Below are positions 14,401-26,710 of a stretch of 64,000 bases of DNA, piece after piece. The translations under genes were made by a program, and so were the position numbers. Source of the DNA: Moniliella sp. 'wahieum' (Eukaryota); contig RSEE01000003.1 of the NCBI GenBank assembly GCA_003971905.1, positions 124,001-188,000 of the forward strand. The letters are read 5' to 3'. The stretch's first letter is position 1. Each line of letters starts with the position of its first letter. The notes under the pieces are model-generated. The model worked only from the letters and a program-made list of their open reading frames with translations, searched no databases and was not told where the DNA came from.

Positions 14401-17400
14401 GCACCGCCTTGAGCGCCTTGGCCGTATTGTCATTGGGGTTGATCAGTGCTGTAGCAGCCGAGAGGAAAGCTTGCGGATTTCAGGGTTGGTGATCACCTCG
14501 CCAAACTGTTTCAGCGACCGATTGGCCGAGGCTTTGACTTGGGTGTGCGAGTCGCTCAGCACACTACTTAGTGACGGGATGATCTTGGGAAGCGAAGTGG
14601 ACAATTGCCGCGGCGCGCAGTACGCCATTGCGCCCAACAGTTCTACCGCCCCCTTTTTGGAACGCCATTGCTTGTCGTTCAAGCCACTGAGCAGGTCGGG
14701 AAGAATGAGCTTGACGCAGTGGCCGGAAATGTTTTGCATGATCGCACGCGCGGCGTCTTGGGTCGCCTCGCGAACGTCATTGTTGTGGTCGCCAAAGCAC
14801 GAGAGAAGCTGAGGAAGAATGTCCAGCAGGTACGGTTCAAACAGCACCTTCAAGCTTACGGTGAGCGTTTCGTACGCCATCATGGCCCCTTGACGGTACT
14901 GGTTTTTGCTGCTACTCGCTGCTTCGGAAAGGCGGTCCATCACCTTGAATTCGGGGATGGAACTGATCCCGCGCCCCTTGACCACACCCGCGATACCATA
15001 CGCAGCCCCACGACGCATAGCATAGGTTGAGCCGGTGAGAAGTTCATCAAACAACTTGTCCACCAGCTTGGCCGCCCGCTGGGGAGCCACACGGATCAGG
15101 GCCGGTAAGCAATCGGCCACGGCGCTTTGGACCAGCTCGAGTGAAGCGCGTCCAGCAGTTGTCCACCAATCGCCTGTCGCTCGGCTTGAGGTGGCTTGCC
15201 AACCTACCCAGCAGGACCACCACCGCTTCCGTTACGCCATCGGCGGCCTTGTTGGCCACAGCATCAAGATGTGTTTGGAGCACCTTCATAAGGGTATCCA
15301 GCTGCGCTGCGCCATGGTCATCAATCACTGTCGTGGCTGCTTCCAGCATGGCCACCCGCATCACCTCGCTCCGGTCTCCCAAAGCTTGGTCCCGAATCAT
15401 AAAGTCAATGTAGGGAACCACCTCCTCCGACCCGAGCAGCGGCGCGAGTTGAGCAAAGCTGACAGCGATCGCTTGACGGATCCGCCAGGGGTCTTCTCGG
15501 TTCTCGGTACCGGGGATCAGCATGCCGTAATGGTCATACTCTGCCTCGAGGATCTTGGCACGCTCGCGATACAGCTCCATCAACTTGGCCATCACGTCAC
15601 GGATGGATTCGGGATGCATCTCGGCCGCGCCGGCCAGGGCAAAGGGACCCCGGGTGCGAGGGTACTCGTTGGGGTGTTCCAACAAGGCCAAGAGGCTGGT
15701 GGCATACGCATTGGGCACCTCCAGATCGTTCTCGTCCAGCGCCTGTTCGGCCAAGCGCGCGTTTTCTTCGTCCGTGTCGTGCGCGGCCAGCCAGAGGGGG
15801 TACGGAAATCCCACCTCGGGCATGGTCAGGTCGAGGAATTGCAGCGCCTGCAGTGCGCCCGTCCGCACATAGACCTCGTCGGCCAAGGAGTGGGTAAGAA
15901 GTGTGGTGACTTCCGACGGGAGAGAGGAAGAGGCCATGGCCTCGCCCATGCTCCGCAGGGCACTGACGGCGTCCTTGGCCAGCTGGGTATGCTTGGCAAC
16001 CACATGAAGCAAGGCAGCGATAAAGTCGGCGCGGGGCCAGCGCGGGTCGTCGCATTGCCCTGCATGGTACGAAATGATGTCCAACGCCAACTGGACTTGC
16101 TCCAGCACCGCATTCTCTCGCTCATCTGCCTTCAAGGGCTCACCTGCCTCGTCCGTTGTGGGGACCGCCAAACCGCCACGGAGAATGATGGCCGACAAGA
16201 GGGGAGTCAAAAGCGAAATCGTCCCGAGGTCGAGCGGCATCTGCTCAGCCAAAACGCGGAGACGGTAAAGGATGCGCAGGACCATCTCGTTGTATTGCTC
16301 AAACTGGAAAGATTTAGGAACCGTTTCGTCATCCACGGTGCGAAGTAGGGCGGCGGGAAGCACAGCGGCCGTGGTACCCAAACGGGCCGAGGCAACCGTA
16401 TTGAGCGCGGTGAGCATGTCAAAGCAAACAAACGGAGCAAGCGTGTTGACCGTCTCCTGTCGGGCCAGGGCAAGAACCTGCTTTGTCAACCCCAGGATAT
16501 ATGACGCTGTCTCCTCACTTTCTCCCGCCATCAGCGCCTGCACGATCCGCAATCCGCGAAGGAGTGAATTCCGAACCAGGTCCACCTTGGCTCGGATTTC
16601 GGCCTCCTTGGTCAACTGCTGATCGATCAGCTTTTGTTCCTCGCGGGTGAACTTTTTGGTCGCCGCCTTTTTGCGCGCCAGTTCAGTGCGCAAGTCTTGC
16701 TCCCACTTGTCCACCCCCTTGCCGCCTTTGGTGGGCGCACCCGCTCCTTGCGCACTTAACAATCGTGATACAGCTCACCGGCGGGCGTGGACCAGATAGC
16801 CATGTCATCAGTACTAAGCGCAGCAAAGCGAGACACATCCAACTCCTTCTCCAGCTCGGACACAATCTCCGCCAATGTCGTCTCAGGAGCGACGGAAACC
16901 ATGGTAGTGAGGGCAGCAAACGCGGCGCTCGTCAGCGCCGGCTCATGCTTGGCGGCATGCACAGCAAGCCAGAGGGAGTCAAAGTGGTCGTTGATCAGGT
17001 CGGCTAGGTCAATGTGCAGGCCGACGGCTAGGCCACGCGCCTCATTCCGAGTCCCACTAGAGTACACGTGGGCGAGAACAAAGAGTTGCTCCAATACCTG
17101 CTGCCGTTGGTCGAGAGGGATCGTCGGTCGACGTCGGCAAGAGTGGTGAAAACACGAAGCAAGGGCCGGAAATGCAAGGAGACATCCTTGGGTGTGTCTT
17201 CCTCTGTCGAGACAGGGGTGGCGTTTTGGGTTTTGAGTACTCCGACAGCAGCCGTGTTAAAAACTTTGGCCGACAAGCTGACCTTGGTCTTGGCCAAAGC
17301 CGATAGCCAGTCGGACGCATACGAACGCGACTGCCGCGATTTGTTCGTCACTGTCAACGAAAGGGCGAGCGAAAGGATGCCAATAATATCTTCATTCGGT

Positions 17401-19311
17401 TCCACAGCCTGGGCCAGAACAAGAAGGGCGCGCAGTTGCCAGTGCCGCTCAGTGTGGTCGGTGGAAACTTTGCGAATCAATTTGTCGTTTAGCAGGAACG
17501 AAGGCATGGCAGCATCAGCCCAACAGGTGACGACTGCATTTTCCAACAGCGCCTTGACAGCGGACGTGTCCCATGAAGGCAAGCGGCCTTTCAGGAGAGA
17601 AATGGCAACGTATCCCTCAAGGGGGCCAGCAGGGGCCTTCAACCCCAAGCCGGCTGCCGCCAAATTGGCCGTCCAGGCGGGGACGAGGAGGTCGACGAGT
17701 GCCTTCCATCCCCCAGTTGGGGTGGAAGGAGCTTGTCCCAAATAAAGCCACCAACATATTCGCACGCTGCATGGCGCAACGGGACTTTAGCGCTTTGGAG
17801 ATGCTTGGCCATAGACTTGGCTGCCGCCGCAGCTTCTACGGGGAGGGTCTCGCCGTCCAAAAGAACAGGAAGGTGCCCAGACAGGACGGCCCAAGCCATA
17901 CGGCAAACAGCTTCACTCGTCTCCTTTTCGAGTAGTGTCGTTGCTGCTTGAACGGCCACAGCGCTCGTCTTAGCAGTGGAGGTTGATTGCGCCAATGTCT
18001 CTAGCGACGCTGTGCGAGCCTCGGGCGAAGCAAACTTGTTGGCTTTTAGCTGAGCTGCTACGTCTTTGACGTAGCCTTCCACCGAAGTTGGATCTACTTT
18101 GCCTAGGAACACAACGGCCAATGCAACCGCTCGCTCACGAGTAGCCGCCGTCGTAGAACGGAGAGCGGAGGTCAATGGACCTCGAAGACCATCAAGTTGC
18201 TTGCCCAACTCTGCAGCCTGTTCCGATGACGAGATTGTCATAGCCGAATACACGGCTGCCGCCACGGGACTAGCAATCTCCGGCGAACGCAGCATCATCT
18301 TGTCCAACGTCGCCTTGAACCCTCCAGGAACCATCAAGTCGGCTGGCGTAATTGCCCCGCAAAGAAATCGTGCAGAGCCGAGAGAGCATGGGGGGGGATG
18401 GGGGTCTTACTGCTAAGAATATGGCTCGTGACGAAGCTGAGAATGCGGTCTTTGCAGGAGGAGGAAACGAAGGTCCGGCCCTTGCCATCAGGCAGTCCTT
18501 TGGCTGACTCGGATCCGGCGCGCAAGCGGAGAGCAACGTCGACCAATACGCCCAAGAGCGGGAGAACCGTCACGGCCGCTGGTCCCGTTTGTTGAAGCAA
18601 CGTGTCCACGATCAAGTCGAAATGATCATGGGACTGAAAAAAGAGGAGTTAGTTGGCGAAAATCCGGGGTAGGAGAAGTTACATACATCACGGAATGTTC
18701 GGCGAATCCAAGTCAAGACGCCCGATTTGATATTGGGCTTGGTGGCATGGTCGCCCAGGATGGCGTCCAATGCGCGTGCCAAGAGCGTAAGCGTCTCCTT
18801 TGCATCGTGAATCTGGGGCTTGGCAACATCAGAGACAGATGGGGCATTGCTAAAGCCGGGTACATAAGCAGGACCCGCCCCAACCAAGGTTTGGAAAACG
18901 ATGGACAGCCAAGGGATCAGGGCTGAGCGAGCGCGTGGGGCTGAGCCCTTGGGATGGGTGAGATGATGCAGCAGAGCCTTGAGCGCTTGCGATGCCACTG
19001 CATCCCCCCCTGGGCGGCACGGAAGAGCGTGTCAAGCAGAGGCGAGGCAGCAGCCAGCGCCAGCTTGAGCGAGTGCTGGTCGTCGTACCGCAACCCGGCG
19101 TCGGCGAGGAGCAGGAGAAGCTGGGCGCGCTGCTTGCTCGTCTCCACGCGAGCCGCGTCAAGGGGGACGATGAGGTGGAGGGCGTGTGTGCGGGTGGCCG
19201 TCTTGGAGGAGCGAATGAGAGGGCGAGGGCGTCGAGCTCGGTGGGCCAATAGCGGAGGCGGGAGGGAAGCGGGCGGAGGGCGAGGCGGGGGGGGGTGCAT
19301 GTGGTCGTCAT
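11430..19311 (-). CDS. GCN1: HEAT-repeat translational activator Gcn1 (Gcn2 activator)
   Basis: About 7.9 kb of HEAT repeats with Gcn1 motifs RRGAAYGIAGVVKGRGI, HCVKLILP..WRSKKGAVELLGAMAYCAPRQLS, WRIRLSSIQLVGDLL, AGRTLGELVRKLGE, REQGAYGLADLV, MVGPLIR. Introns ~13129-13191 and ~18634-18686. Start approximate. Confidence 0.95.
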
Positions 19312-19972
19312 GGTGGTATGAATGGGGGTGGCGGGGGCGGACAGGCGGGGCGCCGCTGAGCGCCTGGGCAGAGTGCGTGGTGTTGCGCACCATGCAGGGG
19401 GGCGGGCAGGGCGGCGGCAAAGACGTGTGCTGGCCTGACGGGGATGGGATGGGATGGGGCGGACAGGTCAGTACTACTTGTGTTGCAATTAATGACTCTG
19501 TCCCACCTTGAATCTTCTGGCCGCCGAGACAGCTAGGCCCTGTGGGTCGCCGCTGAGGTAAGCTCTACGACCATGCTTGCCAGGCAGGGGCCGCTTTCAA
19601 AAGGGAGGTCGATGACTAGGATGACTGGCATGACTGGCATGACTCGAATACGAGTGCCTGCTGTGGGCTTTTTGTATTCAACACCATCGATCCTATTTGC
19701 ACGCTCTCGCCCAACTCCACCCCATATGACGGACGATGCTTGAGACTTGATATCATGCGGACACGACCGTCGAGGGCTCGCATCTGACAAGAAATTGCTC
19801 ATGCCAGGCAGTGCAAGCTCAATGCGGGCAGCCTGAGTAGCCGCGCCGGTTCACTGCTGCAAAAGGAGGAGACTGCACGCAAGCAAACAGAACAGATGGG
19901 GACGTTGAACCAGGGAAAATGATAAACAAGGAACGGCGCATCGGGCGCCACATGAGAGAAGGCACACTTCTT

Positions 19973-20856
19973 CTAGTTATCGTCCGTCCCGCCAACGATG
20001 CGCAGGATGTTGATGAAGAGGTTGATAATGTCCAGGTAGAGCGACACGGTGGCACGACCCACTCATCCGGGGACAAGCGATTGACAAGCGTATATGTGTC
20101 AAACATAATGTACCCAGCAAAGACGAGGGCACCGATCACGGCAAATACCAGATCGGCCGTCTGGCTATACGGCAAGAAGATCTGGACAAACGATACCCCA
20201 ATCAACAGCCAGAGGAAGCCCCATAGCCAAGGGCCCAGTTGGCTAAAGTCCCAGCCCGACTTGAGCGTAAAGATGGTAAGACCAGCAAAGATAAAGGTAG
20301 TGAGGATGACCGCCTTGAGCACCACCGTGGAGCTGTAGAATGACACGATTGTGCCGACCATCGCGGCCTCAAAAAACAGTGAAGAGGGAAGGAACACAAG
20401 TTGGCCTGGGAGAAGAGGCTCAGTCAGGGCTGTCCGTGCGTCAGTGGGAAAAATGAGACGTACTGGGTGCGAGTGTCGCTTCCAAAAAACCCCAGCCATC
20501 GCAACAAAGGTGCCGATGGAAGGCACAAGTACGGCCAAGGGTGCAGCTGAAAGTACTGAGTAGTGCCCGAGTAAATGAAATGAAGAGCAGCTTGAGATGT
20601 CGTAAGCAGCATCTGAGCAACAGAGCCGCATAGACTTTGCGCACAAACATCGATCGGATGGCTGGATCAGCATCCGAAGCCACGCCGGAAAACAAAGGCT
20701 CTCCAGCCTCCTCGTCCCATGGTCCGTTGCGGACGCTGGTTGAGCGTCGGCCAGGACTCGTACGTGCCGCTGCCCTCTCCGCTGCCATGCGAAGGCTTCT
20801 TGGAGCGGCGGGGAGCGCGCCTGGTCATACGACGGTGGCGCCTGGGAGTAGGACAT
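19973..20856 (-). CDS. BXI1: Bax inhibitor-1/TMBIM family ER membrane protein
   Basis: VASDADPAIRSMFVRKVY, multiple transmembrane segments, GLTIFTLKSGWDFSQLG, GALVFAGYIMFDT..RLSPDEW..LYLDIINLF. Intron ~20406-20463. Confidence 0.9.
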
Positions 20857-20994
20857 GGGCAAAGGGCAAATGAGAGGAGGGTTGTGGTGGGAAGAAACGA
20901 TGGCCCCGCGGGCTGAGCAGGAGGCCTCCAGCGCCTGCGCTAGCCAATTTTTGTGGCGGCCGCCACCACGGCTGACGAGCAAGGGGGATAGTGT

Positions 20995-21270
20995 GCCTGT
21001 CACGTGGACAGGCGAGTGGCGGTCACGCGGTCGCGTGGTCACGTGGGACTGCGTAGGCCGACGGGGGTAGCAGCGCTGGGCTCGCATCGCCTCGTTTCAA
21101 ATTGCAAGGTTCTGGACGCTTCCAGCATTTGACTTCACCTTGCACATTTCAAGTTCGCATTTGAGTCCGCTCGAGGCTTCACGTGTCACGTGCCACCGCT
21201 TCTCCCACCTTCCGCCGCCGCCCACCGCCAAAAATGTGGATGACGTGGCACTGGCTTCCACGTGGCCGCA
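20995..21270. promoter_or_regulatory. Cluster of ACGT-core (CACGTG / TGACGTGGCA) sites in the BXI1-DNJ1 divergent promoter; UPRE-like
   Basis: TCACGTGG ~21000 and ~21039, TCACGTGTCACGTG ~21179, TGACGTGGCA 21241-21250, CCACGTGG ~21258. Confidence 0.65.
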
Positions 21271-21328
21271 TCTACCCCGCTTCCCCCGCCACCCAGCCGC
21301 CTCGGCAGCCCGCACCACCACCACCAGC

Positions 21329-23173
21329 ATGCGTCTCCACTCTCTTGTCCGTGCCGGCGTCGCCGCCCTCGCGGTGGCCGTCACCGTGACGGCCAATGCG
21401 TCGGGCGACGGGGCGCCAGCGGCCGTCAACCTCAACTCGCTGCTCGACCAGGCGCGCGCCCACCTGGCAGCCTCCAACCCAGCCGCTGCTCTTGCTGTGC
21501 TTGACGACGCTCTTGCCTCCGTCGCCGATCCCACCTCCCCCACCCCCGCCGCCGAAACCGAGGCGGCGATTCACTATCGTCGTGCCACTGCCCACCTCGC
21601 CATGGCGCGCTCCAAGGCAGCTGCCCAGTCGCTCGATGCGGCCCTGGCGGCGGATCCGAACTATGTGCCGGCGCGGGTGCAGCGCGCACGTATGAATCTC
21701 CGGTCGGATCGTTGGAGAAGGCCAAGGAGGATGCCCGTCGCGCTTTGGAGGGCGGGGCCAAGGGCGTGGCCAAGCGAGATGCGGACAAAATCCTGACCGA
21801 GGTGGATCAAGCGCTAGACCTGGTGGCCAGCATGAACAAGTCCTTGGCCCACGCTAGCCAACGGGTCACCAAACTCGTCGCATCTCATCCGACGACGCTC
21901 TCGAGAAAGTGATGGCCGATTCGGGCTTGCAAAAGGACGCTGAATTGTGCCGCGACCAAGCAACCCAACTATTCGTCTCTCTCCTGGCTCGACCGTGGCT
22001 CGGGAAGCCAAAGCCTCTTGTTCTCTGTATGCGGGCGACATTGAGGGCTGGATTGCCGACTTGTCCCGACTGGAACAGGCGGCGCCTAGTTCGGAGCGGT
22101 CGCTGACCTTGGCCGCCGTTCAATTCTACTTGCTAGGGGACTTGGACTTGGGCCTCGCTGCGGGCAAGGAGTGTCTTGCGGGCGATCCGGACAACGTGCG
22201 ATGCGCCCGGGCGGTGCGCAAGATGCGCGCTTTCAACAAATCGATCAACAAGGCACGCAACTTTAAGGCTGCTTCCGAGTGGCGCGCCCTAGCAAGCGCT
22301 CTGAAAGGCCCCAAGGTCTCTTCCCCACCTGTGCTCCAAGACATGGAGGAGTACCTCACCTCTCTCTATGCTGCCTCGCCCTCGGGCCACCACGTTTTGC
22401 CCCCGCTACTGCGAGGTTGGGTTTCTCCCGCCAAGAGCAAACCTCTGCTCGAGCTGACTCAACTCAACTGCATTGCTTCGTACGAACGGCAACAGTGGGA
22501 TGCGGCCGAGAAGTATTGTGAGGCGGTGCTTGCCGTCGAATCGGAAAATGCAGAGGCGCTGATCGGTCGTGGGGCGGTGGCAGAGCACAAGGAGGACTTG
22601 GATGCAGCGGTACGAGCCTACTCGGCCGCATTCCAAGCGACTGGCCAACGGGATGCCGGCATCCATGCGCGCCTGACTCGAGCCCAGAAGAAACTCAAGG
22701 TGGCGAATACCAAGGATTACTACAAGGTTCTCGGGGTGCCCGCACTGCCTCCCAGGCGATATCAAGAAGGCCTACCGCAAACTGGCGCGCGAAAACCACC
22801 CGGACAAGGGTGGGGATCAAGATAAAATGGCGGCGATCAATGAGGCGTTTGGTGTGCTCGGGGACGAGGAGCTGCGCAATCGCTTTGACCAGGGAGAGGA
22901 CCCAAATGACCCGACGGGCGGCGCTGGGCCCGGCGGCCCCGGCGGCGGCGGCCCCATCATCTTCCGCCAAGGCAGCTTCCAACAAGGAGGCGGACACCCT
23001 TTCTTCACGCAAGGTGGTGCTGGCGCTGGTGGCTTTGCTCAATTTGTATGTCCCCTTCCTGCGCTTGTGACAATGGTACTAACTGTCCTTGATGCAACCA
23101 GTTCCAACAATCCGGCGGCGGTGGCGCGCACCAACAGTTCTTCCGTCAAGGTGGCGGGGGCTTCCCATTTTAA
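21329..23173 (+). CDS. ER-luminal TPR + J-domain co-chaperone (DnaJC3/P58IPK, fungal Dnj1-type)
   Basis: Signal peptide [27 protein letters not shown]-like helices, KDYYKVLGV...[38 protein letters not shown], Gly/Phe-rich tail. Intron 23046-23101. Confidence 0.92.
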
Positions 23174-24456
23174 CGTGGTGTTGGCGCCTTTGATGCAGCG
23201 CTCCAGCGCCCACTCTCATTCTCACTCTCATTTCACCTCCCCATTCCCACTGGCTGGATGAGGCCGAGTTCGTAGAGTCTCTTTGTCATAGCAACGGCCC
23301 ATAGCCTTGGAACCAGATTGATACGAGAGACCATGAAGCTGGCCGGCTGCGTTGGACCAGATGATACCAGTGCGTGGAAGGGGCAGTGCAGAGATGGGCC
23401 ATGCTAGACAAGCGATGGCGCGCGCATCGCCACCCAAGGTGTGCCCTTGGTCTTGGGAGATAGGAACCGAGATGATTGTCTGATAAGGGAACCGAGCCAA
23501 GTCGCCCGTCCTCCGGTCGTGGCCAACAGGTCTCTCTGCCCTTGCGCGCCATTACGTCCGAGTGGCTTTACCGTCGCTGCCAGGGCCGGACACATCGGTC
23601 AAGCAGGGCCCAGGCAGTGCCTCTCTGTGCTGGTCACGATCCCGCATCCAGTCGCTTCCACCTTTCCCCACGAGCGGGCGTTGTCAACCTCGGGCTCTGA
23701 GCCTTCCTACACTGCAAACTGCACAAGACATTGGAAGGAACTGGTTGAGCTCAGGACGTGTCGACAGAATGATCTACCAATAGCTTCATCAGCCTGAGGC
23801 CTGATCCCCCTCCCAATCGCACAAGCCGACACAAGGCGCTACATGGATTAATGAAGGAAACATAATGGGCATCAGTGCAAAAGTAAGATGCGCCCCTCCG
23901 CGAACTGGATGAGAAAGGGGAGAGGCATTACGGGACAGAGCGGGAGGGGCCAAAGAGGGGGGGTTAGGGTCTGCCTCTTTACGTTTTGGCAAGGGGAAAC
24001 ATAGTGGCCCCGTCTGGGGCAAAGGAGGATGGAATCGTCTTGGAGACGGGGCGCGCGCGCCGTGCCGAGAGGAGTAGGTAGATGAAGAAAGAACCCTGGC
24101 CTCGGGAGAAGACCGTGAGAGGACATGAAGGGCGTGGTGCGTGAGCTTGGGAAGCGAAGGCCAGGTGAGCAGTGCAACGGATCGCGCCCCATGCTAGGCA
24201 TGACATGCAAGCGTAAGGGAGAAAAAGATCCAAAGAAAATGGTACGGTGGAATGGAATGAGAGAGACGTGGGAAATGGAGTGACGCAGCAAAAACCTCAG
24301 ATCAAGTCATAGGGAACCCCAACAACTGGGAGAAAGGTTCGTACAAGAATTTCGTGGGAGGGCATACCGGCCACTATTAGGGCGATGGAAGTGAGGACCG
24401 GGCCCCAGTGCGACCAAGGGTTTCGCCCCAAATAACGTAACCCCCTCATGAGTGCG

Positions 24457-26635
24457 TCAAGTTTGCAGTCGCGGCCGAGCCTGTTGACCAAACCCCGGGT
24501 CCGAGGCCAAGTTAGTCTCCGTCGGCGGTCCACGAGGCTGGCGCAAGAAGCGGGATCGGGGTGATGTGTCTTCCGTCCGGGCTGAATTGTGGCCCGATCC
24601 ACCGGACGTAACGGAGGAAGCCAGCGTGCTCCCCTGGGGCGTCGAGCCACCAGGAATGAAAGCAGCAGCTTGAGGAATACTTTGAGGCGAACCGTGTGCA
24701 CCCCCCGAGAGCGAGGGGAAGGTTGCCCAAGATGACACCATATCGAGGGGATGAGGCGATGGGAGAGCAGGACTAGACGGGCCTGTGCTCAAAGCACCAT
24801 CCGGATGGGTACCGAGCTCACCTCCGGAAGGCAGACCCAGACTACTTCCCACATTACCAACCCCATTTCCCATCTCCTCTTGGCGGTGGTAAGCGTCGCG
24901 CAGCACGCCTAGGCTGACCGCGGGGCGGGGAGAGCGCTCCCCAATCGCACCAGCATGATGCTGTTGTGAATTGACAAGACCAGAGAGAAGATCAGGGTGA
25001 ATCAAGTCGGACTGGGGGCCGTATCCTCGTCCACCCGCCAGGGGCATCCCTTGAGCCGGATCCGCAACGGACATGTTGCCCATCCCCGCAGTCAAATGAG
25101 CCAGACTACCGGAACCTTGAGAGGGATCGAATCCGGCCTTAGAAGGGTATCCAAAGCCCGAGGAAGGGACGGGACGGCGGGTGCGTAGGGATCGTCGTAG
25201 GCATAATCGCGGCCTCCATATGACATCGCGGGAGCTGACTTCTTGGTCCGAAGAAAGCGAGCACTGGGGGAAGAGTATCCGGGTGCCAAAAGACCCGACG
25301 AAGGGTCTCCGTGAGTGGTAGGCGTACCTGAAATACGGCCAAGGGAAGCTTGGGGACGAAGACGATAAGCGGCATGGTTGGGACCTCCACTGATGGGACC
25401 TGAGACGACTCGATGTGGCTCGTGCATCGACGAGTGAATGGGCCTCGACGCAGGCGTCGAGGTTGGACCCCGCAGCGGACGATGGGAGACAATCACGTAC
25501 GGTTCAGGATCCCGATGGTCAAGTGATGCAGACCCAAACGGTCAGATAGCTGGTGCACTGTCGCCCGATCCGTTGCGCTCATACCGGGGGGAAACGCCAT
25601 CTCCGTTCGGGCACGGTCATCTTTGAAGAGGAGGAGGCGGCTGTAGAGCTCAAGAGTGCCCGGCTCGTTAAAGTCTAGCGGCTTGACATCGGCCGAGTTT
25701 GTGCTCGAAGCTTCTAGAGAGAAAGTTGTTAGAATAGCACGATAAAAAGAGACAAGATGGAAAGCATACCCGATTGTGGCCGAGGAGATGGCGAGGCGCG
25801 CATCTGATCAGGGGAGCGGTGGGCAGCCTCGGCAGCGCCAGCAGCGGCCGCGGCGCGAAGTGAGTTGGTAGACGACGATTGGTACGGGGTCAAATGAGGG
25901 TGATGGGGCGAAGGAGTACGCAGGGCAGCAGCACGAGGCGGTTGCGGTGGCGCACGGGGTTGCTGGCGATCACGATCAACCTGGAGCGATTGCATGCGTC
26001 GAATAGCTTTGTTGGTTTCGATTCGCATCTTCTCGTCCGGGTGAAGGACACGCTTGAACTCGACCTTGAGGCGGCGGCCACTGATCTCAAATCCGTGAAG
26101 GGCAGCGACAACAGCTTCAGCCTCTTCCGGGGCACGGAAGTTGCCAAAGGCCAAGCCACGGAACTGGTGGCGATCGTCATAGTGGTAGTTGAAGGCGTAG
26201 GGGACGGGGAGATGAAGCTCGTCCAAGCTGAAGAATCTGTTCGCGGGCAACGGCAAAAGGAATGTTCTTGACTACGATCGCGTTGGCAATAATGTCGTCG
26301 CGGGTGCCGGTGGCAGGAGGGCCATGCGGCAGTCCAGCAGGGACGGACGCAGCCGGGGCGGGCACTGGGGGGCCGGGCATGCCGAGGGGAGACGCAACGC
26401 CAGCGGGCTGAGAGGGCCAGTACATGCGATCAAGGGCATGCGGGGGTGCGGCGAGGGCAGGATGGGGCGGGTAGGGGTAGGGGGGGGATGGGTGTATGCA
26501 GCAGCAGATGAAACCGAGGGCGGCATGGAGATCGAAGCGCGGGGCTGTGGCCGACGGGGGAGCAGCCGCCGCCGGGTGGGCCGACGCGGGCGTCCACGCA
26601 GAAGGGTGAGCGTCGCCAGTCGTCGGCTGGGCCAT
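24457..26635 (-). CDS. PIN4: RRM + R3H RNA-binding protein (Pin4/Cip2 family)
   Basis: AIVVKNIPF, PYAFNYHYD..FRGLAFGNF, GRRLKVEFKRVL, then LDFNEPGTLELYSRLLLFKDD and an R3H-like segment; LRQPRGP near the C-terminus. Intron ~25714-25769. Confidence 0.85.
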
Positions 26636-26674
26636 GGCACGCGGAAAGGCGGGGGCAAGGGAGGGGGTGGGGGC

Positions 26675-26710
26675 GAGGGTGAGGGCGAGGGCGAGGGCGA
26701 GGGCGAGGGT
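26675..26710. repeat. (GAGGGC)n hexamer microsatellite just upstream of the PIN4-like start
   Basis: gagggt gagggc gagggc gagggc gagggc gagggt read directly. Confidence 0.9.

Noticed and set aside
5814..16348. Long antisense ORFs (5814-6614, 8895-10133, 12695-13510, 15035-16348)
   Set aside because: These are shadow frames opposite real GC-rich genes, with no independent motifs.
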